A stretch of DNA of 64,000 nt, from positions 74,462,001 to 74,526,000 of the forward strand of contig NC_043000.1 in the NCBI RefSeq assembly GCF_006345805.1. Reading direction: 5' to 3'. The DNA comes from Octopus sinensis. Lineage: Eukaryota. The notes under the pieces are model-generated. The model worked only from the letters and a program-made list of their open reading frames with translations, was not told the origin of the DNA and ran no database searches. Made by a program: the position numbers and the translations under genes. Position 1 is the first letter of the stretch. The number at the start of each line of letters is the position of its first letter. Positions 27,355-40,225 of the stretch are shown piece after piece.

Positions 27355-27579
27355 TGTTACCACTTTTATATCCTTGTGTTGGTTGTATAATCTAATGAAG
27401 CAGGGCAAATGATAATATTTACATGATGCAATACAATTTCTGTTACATGAGGTTAAACACTCTCTGACAATAGCTCACAGGGAACTGCTTCCCAATCAAT
27501 TGTTCACAGTTCTTTATTTTATGGCAATGTGTCAGTCCATTTCTAGTCACTTGTGGGTGGTCAGAATCCTTCCACAATA
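27355..27579 (-). repeat. 5' LTR of the Gypsy element
   Basis: Homologous to 21571-21797 and lies directly upstream of gag. Confidence 0.85.
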
Positions 27580-28609
27580 AAATCAATATAATGGTGAAAA
27601 TGTAAAAAAACAGAAATCCATAAATTTTTTTCATCAAAATGGAATTTTATCAAAAATCTGATGTGGTTATTCCTAATTGTACATTTGCTGTGAGGTCTAG
27701 AATGAAAACCTCACAGCTTTCATAGCTGGGTCCAGTCCACAATAGAGTTAGGTGACATGCCCCGATTTCTGACCAATCAGCTTGTAGAAATATCTCTTCA
27801 TATCATAGAATGTTCTATGATGCTTCCCACACTTTTGTAGTTATGTAAGCTCAACATGTGTAAGAAAACCAGCAAGTGGCACACTTTAGAAGTACAAGCA
27901 AGAAGCCCTTAGACAAGTTTTTCCTGGGTGAAGTTCAGCTCCAAGGAATTCCTTAACTAGGATAGATAACCATTATACCTTCCTCTCACTTGAAGCTAAT
28001 CTCTTCTGATAGAAATTTATTTACAACCATGTTTGGGGAAACAAAATTTTGAAATAGTCATGTCAATAAAGAAAGAATACCTATCAAATACCATGACAGT
28101 CGTGGCTGCAATAGGTGACATTGATAGAGAAAGGCCAAGCCCACACAGGTATAATGACATTCTCAGTCTAATATTATGCCAATACATCAACAACTTTCAT
28201 AACCAACCCCACAATTACGACTGACATTCTGCTGGCAGAAAAAAACATCCAACTTTGGAAAATTTGGTGGCAGAAATTCCAGTCAGTGAAGCCATGTTTG
28301 TGATCAGGGTTTTTCCAGCCAGTGAATCAATGATTTGCCTGTGTGAAATAGCAGTTAATACCAACAATATAAAGATGAAGAAGAGTCTGTATATTTTCCT
28401 AATTGGTGATATTGAAACAAACTTCATTCAGAGCTTTTTGAGTATAGTTACCGAAACAAATGATATTTTACTTACTTTTTACTCATGAATTTTGATAAAA
28501 AATTTTACCTGTGAAAGTTAAAATTATCTTTACTATGGGATGTCAACTCCACCTACTTTTACTGTCTGCAGCACATAATGGAAGCCCAGCCATGCAAGTT
28601 GCATTGTCC

Positions 28610-29030
28610 TAATTCACCCCACCTTGGACAGGAGATGCAGCAGTGTGGTTTGCTCAGCTGGCAGCTCACTTCCTAGTTAGCATCTCTCCACTTGCTTTAA
28701 GTAGCAAAGTAAAAAATTTAATTACAACTCCCTTGGATTCATTGTTTTATCAAAGTATGAAAGTGGAGATTTTACGATATACCTCTATATCTAAGCAAAA
28801 ATGTTTCCATCAGCTTCTCCAGTGAAGTTTCAGAGGATAAGAAACTGTCTCAGTTCTTAAGATGAGTGAAAGAGTTATTAAAAGATAATTTATTAGAAGA
28901 GTCTTTGTTGAAACAGCTCTTTCTGCCTCATTTCCCCCCTAATATGTAAGTAATTTTAATGCTAGTGAGAGAAGAAAGTTCTACATCTCAGTTAACTGAA
29001 TTAGCTGATGGGATTATAGATATTTCTTTC
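28610..29030 (+). pseudogene. Highly decayed Gypsy gag-like fragment
   Basis: PPWTGDAAVWFAQLAAHF resembles the gag motif PPFW..P..WFAQ.EAQF. LTELADGIID resembles LAELAD.IME. Confidence 0.4.
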
Positions 29031-29824
29031 TGAATTCTTCTAACAAACACAGTAACTCATTCAACTGGTTTCATATCTTCTATTTCTTTTGAATTATTTA
29101 TGTTCCACAAAGTGATGGGGAAAAAAAAAATCCAGGCTCTTAGAAATAAACTAGAACAGCTAGTCACTTCATTATTCTGCTGGACCTCACAGGGTCATTT
29201 GCTTAGGCTTTCAAAAAAAGCTATTGCATTTTGTTGGTACCATAGTAAGTTTGGTACACAAGTGCATAAGTGTATTCAGCCATGCTCATTGTCTTCAACT
29301 ACTTAGCCACAAGAAAACAGCAAAAAAGTAATTCAACAAACTTCAAAGCAATAAACGTCGCATTGCAGTCTACAATTTGACATGCTTCTTTACAAAGCAC
29401 ATCACTCAAACCATTGCTACTTTCATATCGCTAACGCTGACCCACTGCAACAATGGGTTAACTTTAACACCAGCATTGATGCAACATAATAATTCATTAC
29501 TAGTCAGTTAGTAACCAACAACACAAATGAATTGCAACGGTCAAGCACACTACATTATTCTACTGATGCTGGCATAAGTGCTGGAACAAAATCTGCATTG
29601 TGGGTGCAAACTCGGGTTTTCTTTGGTGTCACAGACTTTAAAATTTTAAAATTTGGTATATTGATGCAATTTTTCACACTGAATCCGATTTTGTTATTTA
29701 ATTGTTCCATAAAAGTTTTAGAAAAATGTTACAGAGGTTTAAAGTTTGATCATTTTTACCAAATCAATAGACAGAATTTGAAAGCTGGCATTTTCAGTGT
29801 GATGAAAGCAGAAACAACAGCGAA

Positions 29825-31212
29825 TCTTTCTCTTATATGTTTCAGTCCAATGACTGTGGCCATGCTGGAGCACCACCACTGCAATCATCTTTCCACTGAC
29901 CACCTTTGTCGGAGCAGCTTCTGGTGAAGGATGGAGTTTGATGCTACTGCCCTCTTTTGAGTTTCATGCTTAGATATTGGCTCATCCAGGATCTTGGTAA
30001 GCCAGAGGTCAAGTTCATGTTTGAAAACGTCTACATCCACTCCATGGAGGCTCCTCAAATGCTTCGGCAGACAGTTAAACAGCTGTGGGCCCTTGAAACC
30101 CAAGCTATTGCAGTACATCGTCCTTGCCTGAGATGAAGCAGTCGGCACAATGGGGACAGCACAGTGACGTCCTGTTTGTGGTCTGGTATAGTTCTTTATT
30201 CCAAAGTTTGGTACTAGTCCTTCCAGTATCTTCCATATATATATCACTGCATATCTCTCCCGCCTTCATTCCATGGAATAGAGTCACAGCTCTTTCAACC
30301 TGTCCCAGTAACTCAATCGTTCCATTGATGCAACTTTCTTTGTGTAATGTCATTGGACTGCTTCAAGCTCTGCTATTGTCCTTGTAGTATAAGGCAACCA
30401 TAGCTGAGAGCAGTCCAGGCGGCTGAGGATAAATGACTTCCATAGTGTCATCATAGTTTCTTGGTCCATTGTCTAGAAGGCTCTCAGAACCCAACCAGCC
30501 AGTCTTCTGGATACTGCTACCATTTTGTCGATATGTGTGTGAAATGAGGTATTCCAAGATCACACACTGTATTTGATTCTGGGATTGTTGCTCCAACGTA
30601 CTGATGTCGTGATTCCTGAGCATTGCTTAACTGGTAGCGGAGGGCCTGGAATTTACTTGCATTAAATTGCATGTTGTTATCCTCAGCCCATGTATAGAAG
30701 GCATCTAGATCCTTCTGTAAGAGTGTTGCATCAGAGGTTTCCTTGACTGACTGTGCGACTTTTGTGTCGTCGGCATAGCTGGTAAGCATGACTGCCTTTG
30801 TCACTGATGGCATATCCGATAGGGCTACCATGAAAAGCAGTGGCCCCAGCACAGTACCCTGGGGCACTCCACTCACTATTGGTGTCTCTGTAGAGAGAGC
30901 TCTGTTGGCTGCTACAGTTTGGCTCCTGTCCTTCAGGAAATCATGCAGCCACTCTCCAACTTTACCTGTGATGCCAAGTCCCCATATTTTGTGGCATATC
31001 ATTCCATGGTCGACTTTGTCAAATGCCTTCACAAAGTCGAGGTATACCACATCCACTTTTGAGCAGTTCATTAATTGCTTCAGTACCCAGTCATAGTGTC
31101 ACAGAAGCTGTATAAGACAGCTCCTTCCCGGGCGAAAACTGTTAGGTGTTAGAGAGCAGGTTATTGTTCTCAAGGAACTCAATCAGTCTCCTCCTGACAA
31201 TGCACTCCATCC
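29825..31212 (-). mobile_element. CR1/L2-group LINE, 5' truncated, RT pseudogene plus 3' tail
   Basis: VDVVYLDFVKAFDKVDH; SGVPQGTVLGPLLF; YADDTKV; LGFKGPQLFNCLP..LR. A short 3' UTR with a stem-loop follows. Confidence 0.92.
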
Positions 31213-33780
31213 ATTAAATAATCTTTATTAAACATTTCACAAGATGAAAGCAGAAACATTACGACGACGAATCTTTATTAAACAAAAGGAAAGCAAAACA
31301 TTCCAACGATGACAGTTGTAAGAAGTTTTAATGTTTTATTGAATAAAGATATGAAATGTTTGAAAAGGTATGTAAATAATTAAAAAATACTCAAGAAAAT
31401 TTGTTTGCAAAAAATTGCAAAAAAAAACTGTACTTTCGGGATTAGGGTTAGGATTTAGGGCTCGGGTTAAAAGAACATATATGTGGTGGTGAGTCTTTCT
31501 TTACAGAATTTTCGTTTAGAGGATAACACCCTCGTAAGCAACGACATCCCCCTTCGGTTTTTACTTTCTCCTTCATATTCGTGTTGGCAGCGGTCATACT
31601 TGTATTTAGGTTGAAAATGTCCAGGAAAACACAATTCAAAACTATGAAGATGAAGTTGTGACAGGACAGCAATCGAAAATAGCCGCTCCCTCACCGAAAA
31701 AAAAAAATTGGAAATGACGAAAATGAGGTACAAAGGTCTAGAAAATAGGCACTCGCCAAAGATACACAGGTAAAGAAAATACACGTAGTGATGGTTTAAG
31801 CAGACTGCAACTTTGCTTGTTACTATGGAAATAAGCACATGTGTCTGTAGCTTTCAATTGGCTAGAATATCCTAAATTTGTAAACTTTACAGGTTATTAA
31901 CTTTTTATTAATTTATGGTAAAAAATGAATTTAATTTTTAAAATTAGCATACAAAACTAAATCAGTACACCAAATTTGAAAACAAGTTGGAACAAAATAA
32001 AAAAAAATAGAAAACTGTGACAGCAACAGAAAGGATCCCAAAACTCAGGTCCAACCCAAGATGTTCAGTGTTTTCATTGCCCCCGCAAAATTGTACTGGG
32101 GTGTAAGCGCACAGACCTTTCCCGAGCATATGGGTTCCGGTGATGTAATTATGAAAGTATTGCAATTCGATTAAATAAAATGTTATTTCAACATTCTTCT
32201 TAATTGGTTCGTTATGGGACAACACGCAGCTAAACTTAATACTAATCAAGAAGTACTCTTCCACCAGTGCTAATTTAGATATTGTATAAACAAATGTGCC
32301 ACTTTGCAGATATAACTATTTTGATAGTTGCGGTTTTATCATTTTAATTTTTAGAGTAACAAGTGCCGCGGCTAATTGTTGCAATACGTCGCACCCATTT
32401 TATTTTAGAGAATTTTGCATGACCGGAACATTCCATTGATAAGTGAAACGTTGACTTCTGACATAGGCACAAGAACTCAACATCGTCAGTTCAGGTTGAC
32501 TTGTACTAATTCATTTACCCAAGAAGAACGAAGTGCTAAGTTGGCCTTGGTGGGTCTCAAAATCCTCAGAACATAAATACCCCCAAGGCATGTTCACACT
32601 CCACTGTTCTACCAAATTGATAATTATTACCAGCAGTAGATTTTATATTAGCTAGTTATCAAGCTGTATATTTTGATAGACAAATTTTTCTACTTTTAGG
32701 AGCAAATTATTTTGATATTTTGCTGTTTGTAGATAGTCACATTTACATTTACACGTTTTTAAAATAGAAATATTAACTTATATTTGAAAAATCTTAAATA
32801 TATATTTATGTAAATAAAACGTAAAAGTTTGTATCCCATATGTATTAATTAGTATTAGCATTTCATCGTAGTGGGCCTAATGAAATATTCTCTCACTAAC
32901 CAAAAAAATAGTTTAATAAAGATCTCACACATTACCACTATAAATCCAGAAAAAAAATGTGAAGAGAAAACGTGAGTGAATAAAAGAAAAGGGAATTGTT
33001 TAAATTAACAGTTAAAAAGTTTTGGTAAAAAGTTATGTTTACATATTCATCACATTTTATGTATGCCATACAAAACGCTGGATTATCAAGCCAGCATAGA
33101 CATATGTGATGCATTAAAAAAAATAGTAACAGTTAAATGATTTTTAAACAGTTTGAAATATCCCTTTTAATTTTTTTTTGTATAGAATATATTTAGAGAG
33201 AGATGAAAATGACTATTGCTGAATTAATGCTCTATTATTTTTATTGATGAAATAGTTTGGAAACGCTGATTATATCAACTCGTCAAATTTACAAAAGGAA
33301 ATTATTTAGAGAAGTAGAAATAATTAAACTCTAAATGTTTTGTTCAATTGTAAGGCAGCTCGGTTACACTGAGGGAGAGAGTGAGTGAGTTGCTAAATCT
33401 GGATTCTTTCTCCCTCTCTGGTGGTGAATTGATGATTGCAATAGAAGATAACAGAGGAATGACCCAGTTAATTCGAGTGACCGAGTAAAAAAAGAAAATA
33501 AATAAAAAAAAGAGCCCACTCATCAGCTTCGGCTTTCCACTGAGTAATGGCGGGGTGACAACATCTGTCTTAAGGAGTTAGCTTCATAAAGTGACACAAG
33601 CTGGTACATATGTCGAAATCGTACTGCACACACATACGCACGGGAACATGATTTTTAAGAGTGCGATTAGGTGTGTGCAAAGAGATATGGCCACGATGTG
33701 TGCAAATATATCGCTGTCATTAAGTTTTAGATAGATATTAAACAAATCAAAATAGAATTGTGTTGTACAGATGCATTTAC

Positions 33781-33807
33781 CTTGGTTTTATATGGTTGCA
33801 ATATAAA
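33781..33807 (-). other. Candidate 27-nt micro-exon of a divergent transcript
   Basis: Polypyrimidine acceptor ...TATATTTTTTCCTCAG| and donor AAG|GTAAAT on the minus strand. An upstream donor GAG|GTATGG lies at 34031/34030. Confidence 0.3.
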
Positions 33808-34088
33808 CTGAGGAAAAAATATATAGATAGAAGAAAAATGGACAATATACTCTTTTATATCTGACTATATGTGAAGCGATTGATTTTAACTTGTAAATGG
33901 TCCCTTTCACTTTCTCTGTTTTAACTCTCTCTCTCAAGTTATTGTTATAAACATTTCTGTCTAGAAACATACATACTTAAGCACACGCGCTTACGTATAT
34001 GCGCGTGCATGCTACTCATCCTTTCCATACCTCGGGATTTTCCCCTTTTGCGTCAATATTTTGAGGTGTGTAATTAAAGAAATTGATC

Positions 34089-34170
34089 ATGGCTGCGTTA
34101 GATACGGACTCCTTTAGCAGGCAAACTTCGCTTCGAAGATCAAGAAGAAAACCGAACTCGCCATATGCAA
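34089..34170 (+). CDS. Candidate first coding exon of an unidentified host gene (MAALDTDSFSRQTSLRRSRRKPNSPYA-)
   Basis: Strong Kozak context atcATGG, a locally CpG-rich non-repetitive region, and a consensus donor AA|GTAAGT at 34171 (phase 1). No downstream exon was identified. Confidence 0.6.
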
Positions 34171-34276
34171 GTAAGTTTCCGAAGATAACATTATTGTTTT
34201 TCATATCTCTTGTTTCTTTTACTTTCTTTCCACGGCTATTTCCGATTTTGCAGGTTTTGTTTATACATACATACTC

Positions 34277-34324
<48 letters not shown>

Positions 34325-36277
34325 TCATACCTCAGATTTTACTCATCATTTCATCCTGCGGTGTAGTGTTGTAGTAGTTGACATAACCAAATAGTATTGA
34401 AAAATTCTCTTAACATTTAGCTTCTAATTTTATTCTGAGAAATAATTTGACATGAATGTCACTATTATTAATGGTATACAAAATTGGGTCTTTTGTTCAT
34501 CTTTTTTCATGTAGGATCATTTCCAAGCACCGTGTTTAGAATTACTTAACTTGATGAACTCATCTTACTGATAGTTCTGTACGCATTTCTCTTATATTGT
34601 CAGGCCATTTTGTTCTGTTTTACAGCCCTTTTGAAAGTACATTTATCTCTATTTAATTTTTACAATTTAACCTTTTATCATCCTGAACTGCAAATCTTGC
34701 CATTTGCACTGTTGCTATTTAAACTCACCCGATGATTCTACTGCATCATACATAGTAGAATTGCTTAATTAAAAAAATATATATAAAAGAACTCAACTAG
34801 AAAACATCTTGTAATCCAACGAATTCCGATCAAATTTAAAGTAATGTTGATATGCATTTCTGTATTTTCAGGCAAAATTTCCAAAGTTCCTTTTAGTTTG
34901 TGCGCGCGTGTATTATATATACTCACACATACATTGTTGATTAAATTGGTGAAAAACATCCTGAAATTTACTTAGGATCAGACTATATATAGTAGAGTAT
35001 AATTAATTGATACTTTTTCTCGCCTTTAACCATTATGTTTTTTAACTATGTGTGTGTGTGTGTGTGTGTATATGGTATAAGAAAATAAAGTGGTGGTGGG
35101 TGCAGACTTGAGTAGTTATATATATGGGAAGCAGTTTCCTATAAGACATTCAGACCATAACTCTGTTCTAAATCCTCATCCGATTTTCCGTATCCACTGA
35201 AATCTCCGGTAGACCTTGATACCAATAAATATAATTTTCTTCTTACAAACTGGAAGGGTCTGACAAGTGGATACCTAAATATACTAATGAAATGATAAAA
35301 TTCAAATGTAGCGGTTTATTGAGTGTGTGTGCGTGCATGCGTAAATTGCTGTGTATGTGCATATATATGTATATGTTTATTTATACGCACATACATACGG
35401 TGTTCCAGCATGACCACAGCCTTTCGGCTGAAACATTTACAAGAAATAAATATGAAACTGGCTAGTGATTTTTATTGTATCATAACATTATATATTGTCC
35501 GTGTCTAGGTGTGTGTATATATATATATATATATATCGTGTAGATTCCGAATATACAAAATTTTGGTGGGAAACTGTTTTAGGATGCGGTGGGGAATTTC
35601 GGAAAATTCACCGTAGTCCACTTCAGTTCATCTTCTTTAAAGAAAATGGATATTTTTTAATGAAATATTCTACAAATATACCTCGAACTATGTAGATTCC
35701 GAGGACATAGGAATTTTGGGGGTTATTTTTGAGAACCGTTCCCCACTTGGGGGGGTTTCGGAACAAGTCGTCCATATTTGTTTCATTTTCTGCGTTTGTG
35801 CATCCGTAGATTTCTACTGAAGCAGGAGGCAAATGAAGCACTCACCAAAAAACTCGTTATGCTAAAAATAACAGCTAAAGGTCTTGTACACAGAAATATG
35901 TTATTAAGGCGACTTACCTGTTGCATACGATATTTTTTCAATTTAAATTCTAATAGAAACGTAGAAGACACCACAAGCAAAAATAAGCAATATACACGTA
36001 CAGTTAAAAAATACAAGTGTAAAGTATAATTTTTTATATAAGCTCTATAAAAAAAACATGATATTGAATGGAATAATTCTCCATTTCGACTTTTTTACTT
36101 ACATATGTGTGTGTGTTTGTGTGTTAGAAATCTACGGATGCACAAACGCAGAAAACGGAACGAATATGGACGGTTTGTTCAGAAAAACACACATGTACAT
36201 ATGTATGTATACACACGCACACACATACATATATATATATATCTATATATATATGTATATGTATGTATATATGTATG

Positions 36278-36318
<41 letters not shown>

Positions 36319-36328
36319 ATATATGTAT

Positions 36329-36428
36329 NNNNNNNNNNNNNNNNNNNNNNNNNNNNNNNNNNNNNNNNNNNNNNNNNNNNNNNNNNNNNNNNNNNNNNNN
36401 NNNNNNNNNNNNNNNNNNNNNNNNNNNN
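36329..36428. other. Assembly gap (100 N)
   Basis: Run of N following a (TA)n tract. Confidence 1.
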
Positions 36429-36429
36429 A

Positions 36430-36612
36430 GTTGGTGTTAGGAAGGGCATCCAACTGTAAAAACCATGCCAAAACAGACAGTGAAGCCTGGTGCAGTCTTC
36501 CACCTAGCCAGCTTCTGTGAAACCATCCAACTCATGAAAAACAGACATTAAATGAGATAATGGTGGTGGTGGTGGTGACGGTGACGATGATAATGACAAT
36601 GACGATGATGAT
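36430..36612 (+). mobile_element. RTE-type 3' tail fragment (LINE end or RTE-tailed SINE)
   Basis: GTTGGTGTTAGGAAGGGCATCC...GCCTGGTGCAG followed by a (GAT/GAC)n tail. Homologous to the RTE 3' end at 42775-42930. Confidence 0.7.
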
Positions 36613-36639
36613 TGGGACAGCTTGCTGAGTGCCACAAAC

Positions 36640-37894
36640 TAAATCTATGTTTGGTGCAAAGTCCCAACCAGACTTAAGGTGATGCGATAGTGGAACAGTG
36701 TTGTAGACAAGTGAAGAAACAGGCCTGGAAGGACTGGAAGAATGGTAGTAGCAGAGAATTTATCAGATAGCTTGGAGGGAGACTGGATGATTGGTTTACT
36801 TAGCCAGGGAAGAAGCAAAAAAGGAGGAAGCTTACCATTGTTCTGAGGCATGAGGACCTGAAGCTTGAGGAGTTTCACATTGCAAGACCATGTATCAGAG
36901 AAAAAAATCATGATGTTGTAGGAGAGAAGTGTGTTCACATGGATGATGACTCACTTGCAGTTAGTGATTCTGCAAAGGAGACTTTGAAATGCCACCATAA
37001 AAGGTTGGAAAATGTCAAGAATACATGGAAAAGGAGAGGCCTGCCTTATGTGAGCCCAACTGAGAGACTGGCTATCCAAATTAACAGTAGCTTTGTAGGT
37101 AAAACAATTAAGGATATGAAGATAGAGAAAGCCCCGGGCCCATTGGGAATCACCACTGAGATACATAAACTATCTGGCAGAGTAGGATATGGTGTAGTTA
37201 CCCATTTAGTTAATCAGGCTGTTGGTATCATACCCAACAATTTGTGTAGCAGCATTATAGTCAACTACTACAAAAGCAAAGGTGATGTCTTAGATAGAAA
37301 TAATTACAGAGGCATAAAATTGCTGGATCATGTGATGAAAGTTACAGAAAGTGTCATAGCTCAATTAATTAGGAAGTGAGATGCAATTTGGATTTGTGCC
37401 AGGAAGAAGTACCACTGATTCTATCTTCCTGGTGAGGCAACTGAAGGACAAGTATTTGGCCTTAAATAAACCTTGGTATTTGACTTTTATTGATATGGAG
37501 AAAAGATCCCTTACTCCCTTATCTGGTGGGCAATGTGGAAGATAAGGATAGATGAGTGGTTGGTGAAAGCTGTAAAAACCATGTACAGGGATGCTGTCAG
37601 TAACATGAAAGTTGCCAGTGATTATAGCAAGGAATTTAGTGTACAAGTTCTTAGCTCCCTCTAGTTTATTATAGTCCTCCAGACTATAACAGAGGAATTT
37701 AAGACTGACTACCCTTGGGAGCTCCTCTACTCCAATGACTTTGCTCTTATTGCTGAATCACTACCAGAACTAGAGATTTGGGGTTGGATTCAAGGTTTAG
37801 AGATAAAGGGCCTTAGAGTTAATTTAGTTAATTTGGGCTAAGTTCAGAGAGCTACTACTTCTGTTAGTAATGAATGGTCTCTCCCTCAGATTGT
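36640..37894 (+). mobile_element. RTE LINE family A RT fragment
   Basis: KAPGPLGITTE, RNNYRGIKLLDHVMKV and QFGFVPGRSTTDSIFL. It ends at GLSLR where the LTR element begins. Confidence 0.85.
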
Positions 37895-39155
37895 TATCTC
37901 ACAGTTGCTGACAGTAAACTTCATTTCTCCCTCTGACCAATGTTCTAGCTGGTCAGCCAGACTTCGTTGAGTCGTCACCGACTGTGACTAACTGATTTTT
38001 GCTTAGGGTATGCTTGCTTTTATAACTATCTAGAAGGATAATTGAGAACATTGAGAACAACAGATTTAGTTGGTGCTCTTCTTATCTCTATTCTAGCTTT
38101 TGGTGAAGTAGAAGAGGTTAGAAAGGGTCAAGTGGTGAAGACATTATTTTGGCCTAACTAAAGGCATCTGGAAAATGTAAAACTGCTGTCAGAGAAGAAC
38201 CATTGTTCCATCGTGGGAACAGTTCTGTTGCAGTATTAATTTAAATTTGGCTATGGTGGATCAAATCCACTTCATGTTTGCAAGATCGACTACATAACTC
38301 CCCTTGCCAGTGAGGTTCCTGAAAGGAAACAAACGATCGAAGGAGACAAAGAAAGTATGGTAAATGCCTTGGAATGTTTTTCAGCAGTGAAATGCATCTG
38401 GTGCTGTTGTTGTGGTTAATTGCTGACTTAGTAAGAATGACAGTGTAAGCATTCTGGAGTGGTGCATGAGACAGATAATTTTCTCTGTTAATTACATGAC
38501 CAAACAGGGGTCCAACAGGGGGAAATTATGTCTAAACATGAGCATATAGCATGTGATCATCCGACGTGCTTTGGGTTAGGAAAAGAATTGAGCTGATGCA
38601 GACGTGTTGCAAAATAAGGCAATAGATGTATAATAGAGTTGCGTGTGCATGTGTGCAATAGAGCTTGCAAAGTGAGGCTAATGCTAGTGCATTGATTACA
38701 AATATAGTGTACATTATTGAATATGCCAGTGATTAATGCAGTAAGGCTGAGGCTGCCAGCTGGTGCATGAGGTATTATATGCCTCGATTGTGCAGGAGTG
38801 AAAGTGTGGCATGCTAGTGCATTGTAGGGGACAAACAACTTTCTTTATGCATGCGTGACCGACCTAGGGTCTTACAGAGATGAGTTGTGTCTACAAGGGT
38901 GCATTGAGCATGGAAAACAAGCGAGATAGGCATGTGTGGTGTATGATTGTGACAGAGATAGCATTGGTGTGTCTATGAATCATGTGTGCAGATGAGAGCG
39001 TAAAGGCCAGGTGCTGAGGAAAGGTGCATGCTTGTGTGCATGCAACAATACAAACATCTTCAAAGTGAACGAAAAAAGTACATGCAAAATATGAATAATA
39101 ATAAAGAACATTCAAAAAGATATGCACATGAATTTAGCTGTTTTAGTGAAACAAA

Positions 39156-39411
39156 TCATCATAGAATTTGTGCATCGCGGAATGTGTGCATCGCAGAATG
39201 TGTGCATCATGGAATGTGTGCATCATGAAATGTGTGCATTGCGGAATGTGTGCTTCATGGAATGTGCACATTGTGGAATGTTTGCATCGCGGAATGTGTG
39301 CTTCGCAGAATATGTGCTCCGCGGAATGTGTGTGTCACAGAATATATGCTTCGCAGAACGTGTACGTCACGGAATGTGTACATCGTGGTATATGTGCAGC
39401 ACGGAATATGT
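39156..39411. repeat. 16-bp minisatellite, ~16 copies (GCATCGCGGAATGTGT)
   Basis: Contiguous degenerate 16-mers with no spacers. Confidence 0.9.
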
Positions 39412-40026
39412 GTAACTCATAAACGAATGAAAGTATGCAGTGCAAACAGAACAATAAAATAAGCAAAAATAATAAACTTAACTGAAAATATTGTCCTTTG
39501 TTAAAAGTCTACTGCTGAAAGTGAAAAGATGTGCATGCAAAGAAAAAGAGTTGTTGAAAGTCTATGTGAGTCTTATGTATGTGCAAACGTTCATAGACAA
39601 TGCAGGGTTTGTATGTCAGGATGAGACGAAAAGTGTGTGTGTGCTGAAAAGGTTGCATGTGCTGGCTTCCGTATCATCTTCCAGTTAGTTTCTGGGTACG
39701 CAGCTGTTGAAATGATGTATTTATAGGCTTTCATAGTCAGCAAATTTCTTGTGCATTGGCAGTGTTGCATTGTTGTGGAGTCCATCGTACATTGCATTGC
39801 AGTATAGTGCTTTCTATAGCAGGTCGATGGAGGTTGCATCCTGGTGGAGACGAAGATTATTTTTCCTTTGGTTTAGCGACTGTTGATATTCTAGTTCTTT
39901 AGTTTGAATCAGCAAGATACAGTGGCATGTAGCATCGGAAGGTATCAATTCTCTTTACACACGATCACCAAGTTGCAAGCGATGAAGTTTTATTTTTGTA
40001 GCTATGCCTGTTATGGTGCAACGTTG

Positions 40027-40225
40027 GGGTCGCCAGTTTGTAATGGTTAGTTCTTAGGAAGGTTGCAATTCTCTTGTTTGGGGTCACCAATTGTAACAAT
40101 AAAGTTTTTGGTTCTTAGCAAGGCAGCAATTATCTTGTCCGGGGTCACCAGTTGTAATGATATAGTTTTGGTTCTTAGGAAGGCTGCAATTCTCTTGTTC
40201 AGGGTCACCAGTTCTAATGGTAAAG
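40027..40225. repeat. ~60-bp tandem repeat, ~3.5 copies
   Basis: GGGGTCACCAG...GGTTCTTAGGAAGG...CAATTCTCTTG units start at 40027, 40080, 40141 and 40201. Confidence 0.85.

Larger units (their letters stand above)
21571..27579 (-). mobile_element. Ty3/Gypsy LTR retrotransposon with both LTRs, lacking RT and interrupted by a hAT element
   Basis: Diverged ~225-bp LTRs at 27355-27579 and 21571-21797, with PPT AAAAAGAGA. Minus-strand order: gag (IEEFSY..EEGITF..YFQRYED; CLIFVQGL), protease (LQLDTGSDISII), RNase H (SNASEYSIGA..KNYNQIETEVLAIIFAVK..SDHHPL), integrase (HIGHPRISRMKSLMKSYVYWP; RLHVDYASP). Confidence 0.9.

Noticed and set aside
28033-28427. Minus-strand hydrophobic frame with VMVFDRY, resembling a GPCR TM3
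   Set aside because: Two in-frame stops, wrong Cys-to-DRY spacing and no convincing splice sites.
29600-29801. Possible Transib/Chapaev-like terminus (CACACTG on the minus strand)
   Set aside because: No matching second terminus or transposase was found.
31440-31470. TTAGGG-like string as an interstitial telomere
   Set aside because: Only about four imperfect units; more likely part of a repeat element or chance.
33428-33545. TTGATGA ... CTGA as a C/D box snoRNA
   Set aside because: An A-rich tract lies between the boxes, there is no terminal stem, and no guide sequence was recognisable.
39156-39411. Regular repeat array as a possible CRISPR
   Set aside because: The units are contiguous degenerate 16-mers with no unique spacers, there are no cas genes, and the context is eukaryotic.
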